From Octopus sinensis (lineage: Eukaryota), in assembly GCF_006345805.1 (NCBI RefSeq), contig NC_043001.1, forward strand, positions 50,034,001 through 50,098,000: DNA of 64,000 nt, in the 5' to 3' direction. Made by a program: the position numbers and the translations under genes. The notes beneath the pieces were generated by a model, which saw only the letters and a program-made list of their open reading frames with translations, ran no database searches and was not told where the DNA came from. Shown here one piece after another: positions 36,700-50,827 of this stretch. Numbering within the stretch: the first letter of the stretch is position 1; each line of letters opens with the position of its first letter.

Positions 36700-37200
36700 A
36701 AATGCCTCTGGAGGCTTGAAACGTAAGCCATTGCTCGTTTATCATACTGTTATTCAAAGACCAAGAAATGGCGTCTACAAATGTAGTGTATTATATGAAA
36801 ATCTAACTAAAGAGTTTGGATTACACAAGACCTTTTCACTGAATCTTTCGTTGAATATAATTTCTGCCCTACTGTCAAATGTTTCTGTGAGAAGAATAAT
36901 TTCGAGCCTAAGGCAATGCTGCCTTTGGACAGTTATTCGACCAAACACAACTTCAGTCCAAAGCAGCCCGTAGATCAGGGAGTTTCTTTTGCTCCATTCT
37001 CAAAGAATATTATCTGAAAACTAAATCGGTTAACTACAGAAATTGATGATGCAAACCAGTGATATAAACCATCAGTCTGTCAAAGAACTCCGGAAAAATT
37101 ACATTATGCAAACAAAAATATGCCTGGGAAAAGGTTAAACATACATGTATGTGTCCATGGAGATAGGAATAACCTGTGCCTAAATGAAGTTAAAACAAAC
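36700..37200 (+). pseudogene. pogo/Tigger-type DDE transposase remnant
   Basis: Frame-shifted LKRKPLLVYH, FCPTVKCFCEKNNFEPKAMLPLDS, RPNTTS and QPVDQGV match the DDE_1 pattern KPLLVYHS..LLLLDN..PPNTTSLIQPMDQGVI. Confidence 0.6.
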
Positions 37201-37415
37201 AACGAGGATAAAAGACGAAATGGCTTCAACCCACACTGACCTATACAGAAAAGGTGTAGAAAGCTAGATTTATATTAGTTGATAAAAGTAATATTCAAGA
37301 CTGATTACATACTGAAAACGATATCAGCTCCTATGGAAAGAAAACCCCAGGGAATTAACACCACGAGTGATAACGAGTCCGGACAGCGAAGAAAAATTTC
37401 CATGGGTCGCCTTAA

Positions 37416-37641
37416 CCCTTTGCCTGTCCCAAATATTGTCATAAGGTTTACCCTAAACATCCATGCTTGTTTTCAGTTAGATTATGTTTTATACGTTCTG
37501 ATTAATTTAAAGCTTTCCTTTCATAAGTCCCACGTTACTTTGGTGGTTGAAAACAAATTGGAATGTGTATTATACGTGACGCATGGACGCTAGGGAAATA
37601 TGACCTGTGTGTCACAAGCGACAGACAGGACCGGCTAAGGG
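37416..37641. mobile_element. piggyBac-type MITE
   Basis: TTAA|CCCTTTGCC ... GGCTAAGGG|TTAA. Confidence 0.75.
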
Positions 37642-38847
37642 TTAACACCCTAACTCACCCCTCTAAAACGACTTTGAAAAATAAAATGATCAAAGTTTTG
37701 AACACAACATGAACGTTAAAAGACCAATAAAATCTATAATGATGAATTGTTACAGGAAAGAATTATAGGTTCACAAAAAGAAGACAAAGCAACCAACGTT
37801 TTATGATTTTCATAAAGGCAAAAAAGAGAACCAGAGGCATTAAAATCTATATTTTATAGTTATCTCTATTTCACTCAATGCATAAACTAAATACAATGAT
37901 TTTATTTCAGTTGTTCAATTATATAGAACATTGTTCAAAAGATTTTTTCATTCACTCATACAATACATACATGCATGCACGTATGTATATTGCAGTACTA
38001 CCTTATATTTTAAGTAAGTGCATATTTCTTACAGAAGTTCAAAGAAAGTATCTGCAGAGGAACGATGCTTAACCTTCTTCTGATATCAGAATTTCCTATG
38101 AAGAAGCAAAGGTGGAACGAATTAATATCCTTACTCAAAGAAGTGGCGTATAAGAAGATTTATTTGAACACATACACACATATACGTAACTATATATACA
38201 GAAATATGTACACATATAAACACACATGTGCATATACATGCTCATATACTTACATACACATGATTATGATGCATAGACAGACAGACAAACAGACAGATAG
38301 ATATGAATATTGCTTTTCAATTTCCATGTGCGCAATGCTAAAGGAAGCAACTCAGATAATAAGACAGGAACTGTTGATTGTTGTGGTAGCGGTGCTGATG
38401 GAAAGCGTGACATTGGTTAATACGGCAGTGGCAGCGGTGCCAATGGTGTTGATAATGGTGAAAGAAGATAGAAAGAGATTATAAGAGAGATAGGGAATAT
38501 TGAGATGACAAGGTGCGTGATGCCACTATGTCCTCAGATATCGTATTTTGTTATTTCACATATATCTATATGATAAACATATAGGTATTATATATGACTC
38601 TTGGACTTTCTGTATCTCTTCATTCTATGCCTCAATGAGCTAAGTTTCGGTAAGAAGCCTGCGAAACTTTAAATCGAGGGGAGCCGAATCAACTTGTTTT
38701 AATACTATATATGCATTTATCAATACATAAATGTATATATAAATATATTATGAATATATACATATATAGGAATAAGCATGTATGTGCACATACACAAACG
38801 CGTGTGTGTGAGCGCGCGCCTATTATTCTTAAACAAGAAAACATTAT

Positions 38848-38910
38848 AGTGACTTCGAAGTTCCGGCCAATTTCGACGATGGATTAAGTGGCCGAAACTT
38901 CGAATTCACT
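38848..38910. repeat. 22-bp inverted repeat with 19-nt loop (20/22)
   Basis: AGTGACTTCGAAGTTCCGGCCA ... TGGCCGAAACTTCGAATTCACT. Confidence 0.9.
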
Positions 38911-39299
38911 GTCAATAATACTCTTCAGTTAAGATCACCTTGTAAGTTACCTGGCCACCTCACTAATGCCTGTGTCGCATAAAAAGCACCAAGTACACTC
39001 AGTGAAATGGTTTGCATTAGGAAAGGTACCCAGCCATAGAAATCATGCTTAAAGCTGGTTCATCAACTTCTGTCAGACTGTCCAACCTACATCAACATGG
39101 AAAATGATGCTGGCTTACACACACACAGTAGCAGTAAGAACAAGTGTATTGAAATATGTATTATAAAAGATTAATAAAACATCGAGACTAGATATTTTAT
39201 ACATATTTAGATATATCTAATATCTTTCATGAAAATTTCAAGTGAATGGAATAAATATGTCGTTAGTTATGGGGAAATAAACAAATGTTCCAAACTGCA

Positions 39300-39915
39300 A
39301 CGGCTAAAAGTTAAGGATCACTTAGAAAACCAATGAAAAACGGAACAAGAACAAAAAAGAAACCTTTACTATTAATATTTTGTGAACATCTCTTTACTAT
39401 CAATGACATCTGTTACCACAGGACTGAATTAATTTCTTGCAAAGTGATGGAACGATATTGTTCCATTCGTTTTTCAATAATGCCCAGAGTTCATCTTGAT
39501 TCTTTGGATTTCTCCTTCGCCTCCCACCCAGCCCCATCAGAACCAATCACATTAAACTTAGATTCATCGCTAAAATGAACCTGCGACCACTGTTCTTCTG
39601 TCCAAACGACATGTTCGTGAGCGAAACGAAGACAGGCTTTTTGATTCTTCTTGGAGACCAGAAATTTCTTTCCTGGTGCCCGAGCAAGCAACCCAGAATC
39701 TCGTAACCAAGAAACTGTTCTGCGCGACACATTGACATCGGAAGTGGAGCTAAACTCGTGGGATATCTCAGCAGTACTTCAAACTATAATAAGAACCTGT
39801 CTTGAAGTCTTATGAGGTCTACTGGTTTTGGGTTTAGCATCTGTCGATCCTGATGGCTTAAAACGAGCCACAATTCGTTGCACAACAGTTCTAAACGTTC
39901 ATACAGTAGTTACTA
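39300..39915 (-). pseudogene. Tc1-family transposase remnant, internally deleted
   Basis: Minus strand VHRIVARFKPSGST..VSRRTV..LLARAPGKKFLVSKKNQKACLRFAHEHVVWTEEQWSQVHFSDESKFNV (HTH_Tc3-like plus first catalytic D), then a jump to decayed C-terminal-like sequence. Confidence 0.8.
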
Positions 39916-40801
39916 TCACAGAATTTGACTTGCCCCCTTGGTGAAGGCACACAATCCTTTGTTTTTCATCAAAGGAGACCGGTCGTCACTCACATGCATA
40001 TGTACACACACACACACATATATGGGCATACATTTATGCATATAAATATGTATATATATGTGTATATTTGCGCATACAAATATAGAAGCATATATATGCA
40101 CCAATAAAAAAAAGCCTATATATGCACATTAAATATACATATACATATATATATATATTATACACACACACGTCCATGTAAATAGTGAAAGTAAATTGAA
40201 AGTACTACAGTGGTTCAATAATAGAGAGGAGATGATTAAATATCAGTGAAGTTCTTGGTCTATAACCAACAATTGTTTGAATAATCCACAGTTAATTCCA
40301 AAAGTCTTAAAAGTTCTCTTTCATAAAATCACCTAAAAATAGAACCAGCATAGTCAAATATATGGAAAAGACTTCTTGAAATAAGGATTGCTGACAAGTA
40401 TCAGCACAACTCTACATGTTAACTACTTTTCATGGAAAAGAAAACTAAGTTTATTTGAGGTCATAGAGTGTAAAAAAATAAAAGTGGGTCCAATATTGAA
40501 TGCAAAAATTTTTAGTTAAGATGTATTGTGAGCATTTTAAAAATTACACAAACTCTCTTAACAATGGGTAAATCTGCAAGTCTTGGTAAAGAAAATATGA
40601 CTGTTTTTTCAGCTTTACTGAAGTGTTATCTGACAAGGGAGGATATACAGTATGCAAAATTTTTGACATTTTCTATGTAAATTAAAACCACAAGACCACT
40701 TTGGAAACAAACACCAAAATGAACTTAGATGAAATAAACATCTTAGAAACTTTCTTTGCTTCATACAGAAGCAGTAGGAGTCACTTAAAGACACTGCAAA
40801 C

Positions 40802-41023
40802 TCATCTCTTGATGGTGTTTAAAGCCATTGTAATATCAATAAAACCTTCCATATCTTCAGTAGGTATCTCAGTCACAAGTATTGTGCCTCTTAGCCTGAA
40901 TGCTTTGCCTGAGTGGGGCAACAAGGACTTAATTAGCTTTCTCCTGTCAATCCTTCTATGGTTTCTTGCCAACTGCAACCACTTACTGCAGCAAGGTTTA
41001 AGGCCATCAAAGATGGTATAATT
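40802..41023 (-). CDS. Candidate terminal coding exon, product unknown
   Basis: 73 open codons NYTIFDGLKPCCSKWLQLARNHRRIDRRKLIKSLLPHSGKAFRLRGTILVTEIPTEDMEGFIDITMALNTIKR* in non-repetitive CpG-poor DNA. Possible acceptor ccttgctgcag at ~40986; minus-strand AATAAA at 40450-40455. No homology recognised. Confidence 0.25.
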   Translation of the reverse strand, partial: NYTIFDGLKPCCSKWLQLARNHRRIDRRKLIKSLLPHSGKAFRLRGTILVTEIPTEDMEGFIDITMALNTIKR

Positions 41024-43447
41024 CTACTTAATGGTTGTGCTTCAAGAGATTCAAATCATAATTTATTCATCAATCTATCAAATATTAGTTAGAACAAACA
41101 TGTCTAACTATAACCATTCCATCTGTTTTAGAGAATCTGGTTTACCTTTCATGTTTTCCAGTCAAGACCATGATTATAAAGGAAAGCATTTCAATTGTGA
41201 CTATACTTTTCTTTTTGTTGTTGTTTACGGTAGCAGATTATTTCACCAATTTTCCAACCATCACCTTCCTGTTTTTATAAATTCAGAATTTTTTTTTTTT
41301 ATTCATAAAAATAAAAGCATTCCAACTGTGATCACTCTTTTTCTCTTCTGTTCAAATCAGAGACAAATCATCATCACCTTCCATGCTGGCATGTGTTGGG
41401 TAGTTTGACAGAATCCAGCACCCATGTCAGCTTTAGCATGGTTTCTACAGTTGGATACCCTTCTTAACACCTACCAGCTTACTGAATGCTGAGTGCCACT
41501 ACCACTAGTGAGGTAAGAAACTTGCAAGATAGGAAAAGAAAAAAAAAGAAAAGGTCCCTTCAACTAAGTGGGTGGAAGTATTTGAAAGAAAGAGATGGCT
41601 TTATGATAGGTGTTGAGAGAAGGACAAGCTCAAGTGACTTACTATAGAGAAGATATATGGATAGTCCACATTATCTAAGTACCTAAAAGTGGTTCTAATT
41701 TTCTTTCTTTTGAACTCAAGAAAAGGTACAATGGAGCTTGACCAATATTTTGAATTACACCATTCTATGCATTATCATACATGGCAAGAGAAATACTTAT
41801 TGTGATTGTTCATAAATCACAATTTTGAATCCTATTCCACTGCAATAATATGCAATAAATTGTTTTATCATAAATAACATTAAATCTTATTTAAATTCAT
41901 ATAGTTCACAGGCATGGCTGTGTGGTCAAGAAGCTTACTTCCAAACAATGTAGTCTTGGGTTCAGTCCTATTGCATGACACTTTTAGGCAAATATCTTAT
42001 GCTATAGCCCTGGGCTAACCAAAGCCTTGCAAATAAATTTGATGGATGGAAACAGGAAGAAGCCCATTTCATGTGTGTGAGAGAAAGAGAATGAGAGAGT
42101 TGTGGGTGTGTGACCCCCTTGGCAACACATGAAGGCTGTAAATGAGCATCACCATCATACAATCAATCATTATTATCACTTAACGTATGTTGTCCATGCT
42201 GGCATGGGTTGGACAGTTTGTTGTTTGTTTCCAGTCTTCTGTGGAAAATAAAGCTGGCTATTGAAGATATTGCCATATCTGGAAATAAGTGAGAGAAATA
42301 AGAGAGCATCCAATCATCACCTTCAACAAACTCCATCTGATCTGTGCAAGTATGGAAAAGTGGGCACTAAATGAGGTTTCCTGACTCATTTGGATGCATA
42401 GTCTCAAAAAAAATAAAAATAGCCATGATTGGAATGCATTCTTACACATGCAGAAAAATCTCCAAATACATAAAGACATGATGGTCGTGCTTGGAAACTT
42501 TTAGGAAACAAAACTCTGATTTCAAAAATAAGTTGGAATAGTACCAGTTGAGATACAATTGTTCTTATGAATCATTGATAAATTCAAGAACAAAGTGCAA
42601 TTTTTCTTTGTTGACATAACTTGTTGAAATATGTCTGAGTGTGTCTGTACTCACATGCATAAATGTGTAACTATGTATGTGTAAATAATTGTGTATATAC
42701 ATAAGTCTATTAATTACTGATGTGCCAGCAGTCTTATTTTCCAGATGAAAAGTCACTATTGGGTATATGCCAGAGTAACCTTTAATATGTATATTTATAT
42801 GCATGATGAACACACACACTCACATATGTGTGTATGTGCCTGTGTATAATGTTGTTCTTGAATACTACTTGTAACATGTAATCCTGTATAAACTGTTGCA
42901 TGCTTGGGTCTATTAGCAACTCACCAGGCATCCCACTGAGCTGGTTTGATGAGGGAATGCTGCTGGAAACCTAACAGGACAAAAACAAAACCTGTCAAAA
43001 GGACAAATGAACCCAACAACCAATAGCAGGAGGAACTGGAAATTCCAAGTCGGTGTCCAGTGTGTTGTAAAACAACTAGTGTGAAGTACCCTTAGTTATG
43101 TTACAATAAAGCAATATCTCTCTCAGTGGTTTTGGCCAGTTTGGGAACCTTCATTTGGCACGGATCATGATGCTCTCACACTACTGAGTGTGTGAATTTT
43201 ATTCAATGGCCACCAAGGTAGAGAGTGTCTACAAAGTGTAATGCAAACCTCTTCAGACCTAAAATTCTGCACAAGCAATGCTAACTTGTTTTGGAGGGTT
43301 TTTGGTGAGTGCCTTTGCTTGTTTCATTTTTCTGTGATTGTATTATGCTTTCAAAACCAGTCTTGTTGACCACATGAGTTCACTTTAGGACACAAAGACA
43401 AGACATTTACAAGCATGCACTTCCACCAGCCCCACCAAAACATTATA

Positions 43448-44660
43448 TTGGGCTGGCAACAAAGTTTCTGCCGTTATTTTAAATTTTGGAATTTATTGCA
43501 TTTTTAAATTTTGGAATCTATTTTTTTTGAGAATTCTATTTTTGAATCATTTTGGAATCTATTTTGGTTTTCTTTCAAGTTAATTTTAGTTAACTTTTGC
43601 TCATTATCAGGTCATTAAAATGGAATGTCAATTTAAGAAAAACAAGCATTTTCAACACCTCCATCTTTTTGCTTTTAATCAAGGTTCTAAGGCCGCAAAA
43701 GCTGCTCACAACATTTCTGCTGAAAAAAACGCTAATGATTGGTATGCAAAGTTTAAAAATGGAAATTCTGACCTCAAAGATGCACCTCATTCTGGCCATC
43801 CATTTGAGTTCAAAGAGCAAAAATTCTCATCAAACAACAAGGGAACTGGCAGAGAAAATGGAATGCTCCCACACTACTATAGAGAAGCATCTTCACTTGA
43901 TAGGAAAGGTTCAGAAGTATGGAGCATAGGTTCCGCACGCTTTAAGTGACAACAACAAAAATCAACGAGCCACAATCTCTGCTGGTTTACTAAACTCATG
44001 GACACAAGCAATGATTTCTTTACTGAATCATTACTGGCAATGAAAAATGGTGCCTGTACATCAATATGAAGTAGCGTAAGGAATGGCTTAGCCCTGGTAA
44101 ACAAGTGACACCACACATGAAACAAGATCTTTGTCCGCGTAAAATGATGTTGTGCATATGGTGGGACTGGGAAAGGATTATCCATTACAAATTGCTTGAA
44201 CGGAGCCAAATGGTCAACATGGAACTCTATGTTCAGCAGATGGAATGACTCAACACAGTTATTCAAGAGAAAAGACCTAAATCAGCAGCATGGAGTTCTT
44301 CTGATGCATGACATCTCCCACCCTCATATTGCCAATGACCAAGGAAGCCATTCAAACGCATGGCTGGGAAGTGCTGTCATACTCTCTTGATTTGGCACCA
44401 ACGGATTTCCACCTCTTTCAAATGCAATGTGCGGAGTTTCGTTCAATACTGATACAGAATTGAGAGCTTGGTCGGATTAATTATTCGAGTCGAAATCAGG
44501 TGATTTCTACCAACAAGGTATTGAAAATCTTGTTGAACGTTGGGAAGAAGTCGTAAACAACAAGGGTGAATACATTATTGATTAATTAGTTGCTATTTTT
44601 TAAACCTTCTAAAGAATTTAAATTAAAAAAAAAACAGCAGGAACTTAGTTGCTGGGTTAA
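43448..44660 (+). mobile_element. mariner (DD34D-type) transposon, decayed, ~1.2 kb
   Basis: TA|TTGGGCTGGCAACAAAGTTTCTGCCGTT pairs imperfectly with AACAGCAGGAACTTAGTTGC at 44635-44660. Fragments WYAKFKNG..LKDAPHSGHP, TTRELAE, VPHAL, MLCIWWD, DLAPTDFHLF, GIENLVERWEEVVNNKGEYI; many frameshifts. Confidence 0.85.
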
Positions 44661-45675
44661 AAATCCTATTTTGGACAAATGCACAAAATGACAATCTTGC
44701 TACCGATGTTCACGACCAAATGTTGTGGTATGCTTGTCATAAAAATATCTAAATCCAAGTTGGATTCATGTAATCATCTAAAAGCTCATGATAGAGAAGC
44801 CCTAGAATCCTGATACAGGAAAATGCCTACAATACTTCTTTCTTAATGACTGCAGTCATTGAGACAGATTTGACAGCCAATGGTAAATTATCAACATCAT
44901 GTTAGCATCCACTTTTTCATGCTTGCACGAGTTAGACAGAACTTGTGGAAGATGTTTTTATAGCCAGATGCCCTTACTGTCACCAACTCTCACTTGTTTC
45001 CAAGCAATATAATATTTAATGATTAGACGTGTTTTTCATAGGAGATTGGAAACAAGTATTACATGATGTCAAGACAAAAGGGGTATAAATGCATGCATGC
45101 ACATGCAAATACACACATGATGGGCTTCTTTCAGTTTCCATCTATCACATCCACTCAAGGCTTTCATCAGCTCAGGGTTATAGTAAAAAGACACTCAAGA
45201 TGTCACACAGTGGAGTTGAACCTGAAACCAGATGGTTAGAAAACAAACTTCCTAACCACATAGCCAAATGTGTGTCTATATGCATATACACACACACACA
45301 CACATGTACACATTACATTTGTTTACAATCATACAGTTCCACTTCAAAAGCAAGAGAAACTAACAATAAATGTAGTACACAGCTGCCATACATACACATC
45401 AAACCAGTCAATTCAACACAATCCACACACAAACATACTACTTCATACAATTAAGAGTAGAGAGGTGAGGAAGTAATCTAGACAGAGGTAGTGAGGTCTC
45501 ACAAGCAGAAGGTTCAACTCAAGCTGATAATGACATTGATTTTCATTAGGTGAAGGCTGACTAAATCTCTCACTGCAAGCATAATTAACCATGAAATTTT
45601 GTAGAAGAAAATCCCTATTAACTATTTTTAACACAAACATCATTACTCAGAATTACAGAAACCCTAAACTGTTAA

Positions 45676-45898
45676 CCCTTTAGTATTTAAACCGGCCATA
45701 TCCGGCCAAAATATTTAATCTATTTTATGTTCAAACTGACCAGATCCAGGCTCTCACACCTACCCTACAATGTTATTCTACATTAGGTAATTACACCATC
45801 AAGATCTTGAAGATATGAGATAATGCATGATTAATTCAATCAAATCAATGTGAATCAGTAAGCATTATGTTTGATACAATAATCAGAACACTAAAGGG
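45676..45898. mobile_element. piggyBac-type MITE
   Basis: TTAA|CCCTTTAG ... CTAAAGGG|TTAA, perfect 8-bp termini. Confidence 0.8.
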
Positions 45899-46995
45899 TT
45901 AAGCCAAATACGCTGTTGTCTTCTATTTGTCATATTTATTGAGTTCAAGCCACTAGGTATATGGCCATATACTCATGCACTAGGTATATGGCCAGCTGGA
46001 TTTACTCTCCTGTATTCCTGGTGGACACAAGCATGGCCAAATAGTAAAGAAGTTCACTTTGGAAGCACAAAGTTCTGGGTTTAAACCAGTGTATAGCATC
46101 TTAGGTAAGTATCTTTTTACTATAAACTTGAGTTGATCCAAACAATGAGTGAAACTGGTGTAGACAGAAATTGTGTAAAACTCATCAGATGAATTGTTAG
46201 CAGTCTTATTACATACTGTGCCACACTGATTCGGTCTGAGAATTATACTAAGGATACACATGTCTGTGGAATACTCAACCACATATATGATAACTCATCA
46301 AACCATTGAGTGCTCATGATCAAAATAGGCAGGCAGATTCATCACTGTATTCCTGATTGTCAGAAACTGCACTGTCAGATTAAATAAATACCATGAGCAT
46401 TTAATTATATCTGCTCATGTTCCAAATTCAAACCCTTCTAGGACCAACAATACAAGTCATCTCAATGAGGTTGATAACAAATACCAGTCATATATTGTGG
46501 TTCATTCAACTGATTGACCACACCTTTTTATAGTTTACAACCCTCTCTAGATAATGGAAACCATTAATTATTATTATTAAGACGTGTATTTTCGGAGCAT
46601 TAAGTCGGTTTCGATTTTCAGCCAAGAACAACACACATCACACTGCAACATATAAAGGAGTCTCTACGTGGATAGTTGACTTGGTAGAAATAACAGTCAA
46701 ATCTCTCATTTTATATGCAGTAGATAATGTGGGCGCTAGACAGCCCATGCCTGGAATGTATCAAGGTGGACATGGGGCTAAACAGCAATATTCAACAGAG
46801 CATCACACCAAAAAACAAGCCAAGGACGGATGGGGAGGTGAAGCTTCTAAGTGACAGCCGATTTGCTCGAAATAGCCAAATCTTCGATTGACACTCTACC
46901 ATCTTAAATAAACGATACAAAGTCTACAGTGAAAATTTTGATATTATATATATATATATATATTATATATATATATATATATATAACCTTGATAT

Positions 46996-47030
<35 letters not shown>

Positions 47031-48445
47031 TAGTAATGGGGTTGTTACGACTGGAATCTCATGTCTTCACGATCAAGGTTAATCTGGACCTAAACAGCAC
47101 CCCGACTTCGTGTAACACTCTTCAGCGAAGAGAACATCACAATCGTACTTTCACATACAACAAACACACAGACAGAAAAATCATCATTAAGGAGCGTGAA
47201 CGCACAACACAATCCCAACACACAATACTGGTCGCTCAAACCTGCTGAAAATAGCAACCAAATCTCTTTCAACTCCTACCCTGAGGTCTCAAGGAAAAAC
47301 AAATTATAGCAGTCTGGAAAAGAAAGGAGACAATGGTTTGACTGGAACCATTTTGGTCATAGGCATGCTTGATCAGAGTCTAGACAATGACATCCTCCCA
47401 TGTAGATATGATGAGGAAAAAGATTGATCGAGAGAAACTCATGAGCAGACGACACCACGACAATATAGTTTTTCAGTGGAGGAAACAAATAATATAAATA
47501 TATTGGTCACACACACACAGATAGACAAAGCAAATTCATTGGATTTGAAAATATTTTTGGTTTTTCTGCCTGGATGAAAAAGAGAAACGAAGCTTTTATT
47601 AATGCGAGAGGAGACCATATCTTGCAGTATTTAGTTACGTCCCTTTTGGTTTACTGTTCGAATCTCGTTCAGGTCGACTTTAATATTTATTGATCTGAGG
47701 GTCTTTAAATAAATGCCAATGAAATGGACTGTGAAATCGATGCAACCGACCACACCCTACAAAATATCTTGCTTTGTCAGATAAAAATTTTTTTTCAAAG
47801 AATAGCGGTTCCATTCAAACCCTAAAGAAGCTTCTATGCAAAACCAGTATCAAATTAAGGTTCCAGATAAGCTGTGTATCTATATTACACATTAGACAGA
47901 CAATTGACAGAAATACACGCAAACACGTATATGTGCGTGTGCGTGTGTGTGTGTGTGTGTGTACAAGGCTGTCCAAAAGCCACCTGAGTGTGTGTGCTTG
48001 TACGTACTCGTGTGTGGAAATAAATAGGGTTCACATGTATATGTATGTATGAGTGCATGTTACACATCTAAAAAAGTAGAGAGAGAGTAACGCATAAGTT
48101 ATACACACACTCCACATACATACATGCATACATACATACATATGCAAGCACAAATCGAAACCACTTAATTCCAAGATTAAAACAAAAAAAAATCATTTTA
48201 TATGAGATTCGCTAATAAATAGACAAATGTTGAAAATAAAAAAAACCTTGATTTTAACTCACGGCATTCAATTATTAAGCATTCATAACTGGAATGAATA
48301 AATAAAATTGAATATTAAGTATTTATGGAATTTTGATTCACTGTCGGGTGACTTTTAGCCAACTATATATATATATATAAATCTTTAAAAATGTTTTAGC
48401 CCGAAGGCCGCGGCCATGCTGGGGCACCACCGCTGTGTATATATA

Positions 48446-48483
<38 letters not shown>

Positions 48484-49244
48484 AGTGGTTTATCCGAACT
48501 ACCTCTATCATACACATACATACATACGTGTGTGTATATGCATAGTTATATATGTACATTCATACTCTTGTGCGGGCATACCCGCTTACGATCGTGCACA
48601 CACACACACACACAAGAGTTTGACTCAGCTCCACATGACGAAGTTTCGTTATTAAATGCATATAACTCCAGCCAAATGTGTCGAGTGCTACTTCCTTTCG
48701 CTTGTTCACACACAGACACACATGTATGGAACATGTGTGCATGTATTTATGTCGGACATACACACACACATAAGAGTTTTATTTCTCCAGTTCGAAACAA
48801 ATTCGTGTGTGTGTGTGTGTGTGCTTGTACGGGTGGAAATATATAGGTTTACATGTATATGTATGTATAGGGTAACGCATAAGTTATACACACCACATAC
48901 ATACATACATATGCAAGCACAAAATATAACATCAAGGATGTCGTGTTGGCTTAAAATTATTTCAAAGATTACTTGAAACAAAGATTTTTCGAAAATATTT
49001 CATATTTAAAGCATTAAGTACTTCTATTCGGCCCAACCTTGTAATGTTTCCTTACTCCACCGAGCTTGAAACGGTAGAATTTAACTCGCCACTTAATTTC
49101 GCGAAAGTCCTTCCTTTCATTTTCGCCAATGTTTTTGTAATATTGAAGATATTATTATTATTATAAATGAAATCATTATAAATAATATTATAATTAATAA
49201 TTATAATCTATTATTGATAACGCTTATCCTTTTGATCTTCCTCT

Positions 49245-49281
<37 letters not shown>

Positions 49282-50827
49282 TACGTGTTATATTTATGTA
49301 GGTAAATATATATGCATACATGTTTTTTGTGTGTGTATGTGTAAAACACATATACGTATATCCATCAATAAATACATTTATAAAACTAAATGTATGTGCG
49401 TGTATTACACACACTTGCACAATATATTCCTAAACATAATAGTATTCACACACTCCATATATTCGGTTCTAACACATACTAACAACCAACGAGACACCTA
49501 TTTTCTTTAAGAATACCAAACATTACGAAGAGAAAATCCTAAACTGGGTGTGAATCTTTAAGTAGATCTGTATTATAGATTACAGATCTCCAAGATAAGC
49601 ACTACCATCACCACCAGGCCATTTCTCTAATATTTTTCACTCTGAAGGATTCTTCACTGCCGCTTATAGCTACCAATGATCAGGATCTCTATTACTATCT
49701 ACTATCTTAGTACTACTATAGAACAGACAATCGATTTTATATAGAAAAACCAAATAGATATGCAAAAACAAAAATCCATTATCTCCTCTCCCAAGTAAAT
49801 TTTATATAAAATTAGGTATCTTGTCTAGTTAATTACATCCATACTATTCAGTATAAACACATTCTTAGACCTGTATTAAATTTATATATATATACACACA
49901 CAAACATATATATTATCGAAATATATATCTGATTTATAGAATTCGACACTACGCACCAAGTCGATTACACACAACTGTATGTTACTTACACACACACACA
50001 ATATATATATAATATATATATTGGTGATTGCATTTGAATGTATCATAGTAATATATTCTGCTGATTTTTTTAATAAATTTCTTTTCTCTCTGATAACAAT
50101 AGTTAATTACAATGTAAATGGTTAATTTATTACAGACATATCTAACAACTTGAAAGAATAATAAAATATACAGAACTGAATACCATTAATATAAAATACA
50201 GTTTTTTTATTATTATTATTAATAAAAAGAAACTCGAGGTTTAAAAGAAAAAAATCTGCAGTTGAGATGCATATAATGAAGAAAAAAAACTATAATAGAG
50301 ACTGCAAGTGACATTTTTAAAAATTATCCGTCAATCTGAAAATTTATAGGAATGAATGAAATAAGTCAGTGCGCGTGTAATATATATGTATCATATATCG
50401 TTTGCATGTGGTGTCTATTTTCATCTCATTACAGACTCATAATTAAAGCGTATCGTGTAAGTGTGAATATATACGCGTATATATATATATATTAAAGAGA
50501 AATTACGAAGCAAGTATCCTTTGTACGAGCGTAAAAAATTTACACACACACACACGTATATATGTATGTATGCATACGAGAAAGAAAAACAAAAATGAGA
50601 GAAAGAATGGATAGATATGTAATTATAGGATGGATGATGTGCAAAAGAAGGGATCCTTATCATTTTATAAGCATCAGCACTTCGAAATGTTCTCTCTGAG
50701 AGAGGGACACAGAAAAGGGGGGTTTCCAGGGGTTGACATGCGCTGCACTTTTCGACGCAATCTTAATTGTAAACAAAAGGCGAATGACACGAGAACCAAA
50801 CCGAAAAAAAGACTTTTGTATTCTTAC

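Noticed and set aside
40701-41408. Plus-strand ORFs of 106 and 125 aa
   Set aside because: No recognisable motif and low-complexity S/I/L/F composition. The first is probably the antisense of the minus-strand candidate exon; the second runs into a repeat.
45955-45996. 17-bp direct repeat CACTAGGTATATGGCCA
   Set aside because: Only two copies, 12 bp apart, at the edge of a SINE fragment; ordinary slippage or a small TSD.
47990-48925. ~130-bp direct duplication (48000-48150 vs 48825-48920)
   Set aside because: Real, but built largely from microsatellite-rich sequence, with no coding or terminal features.
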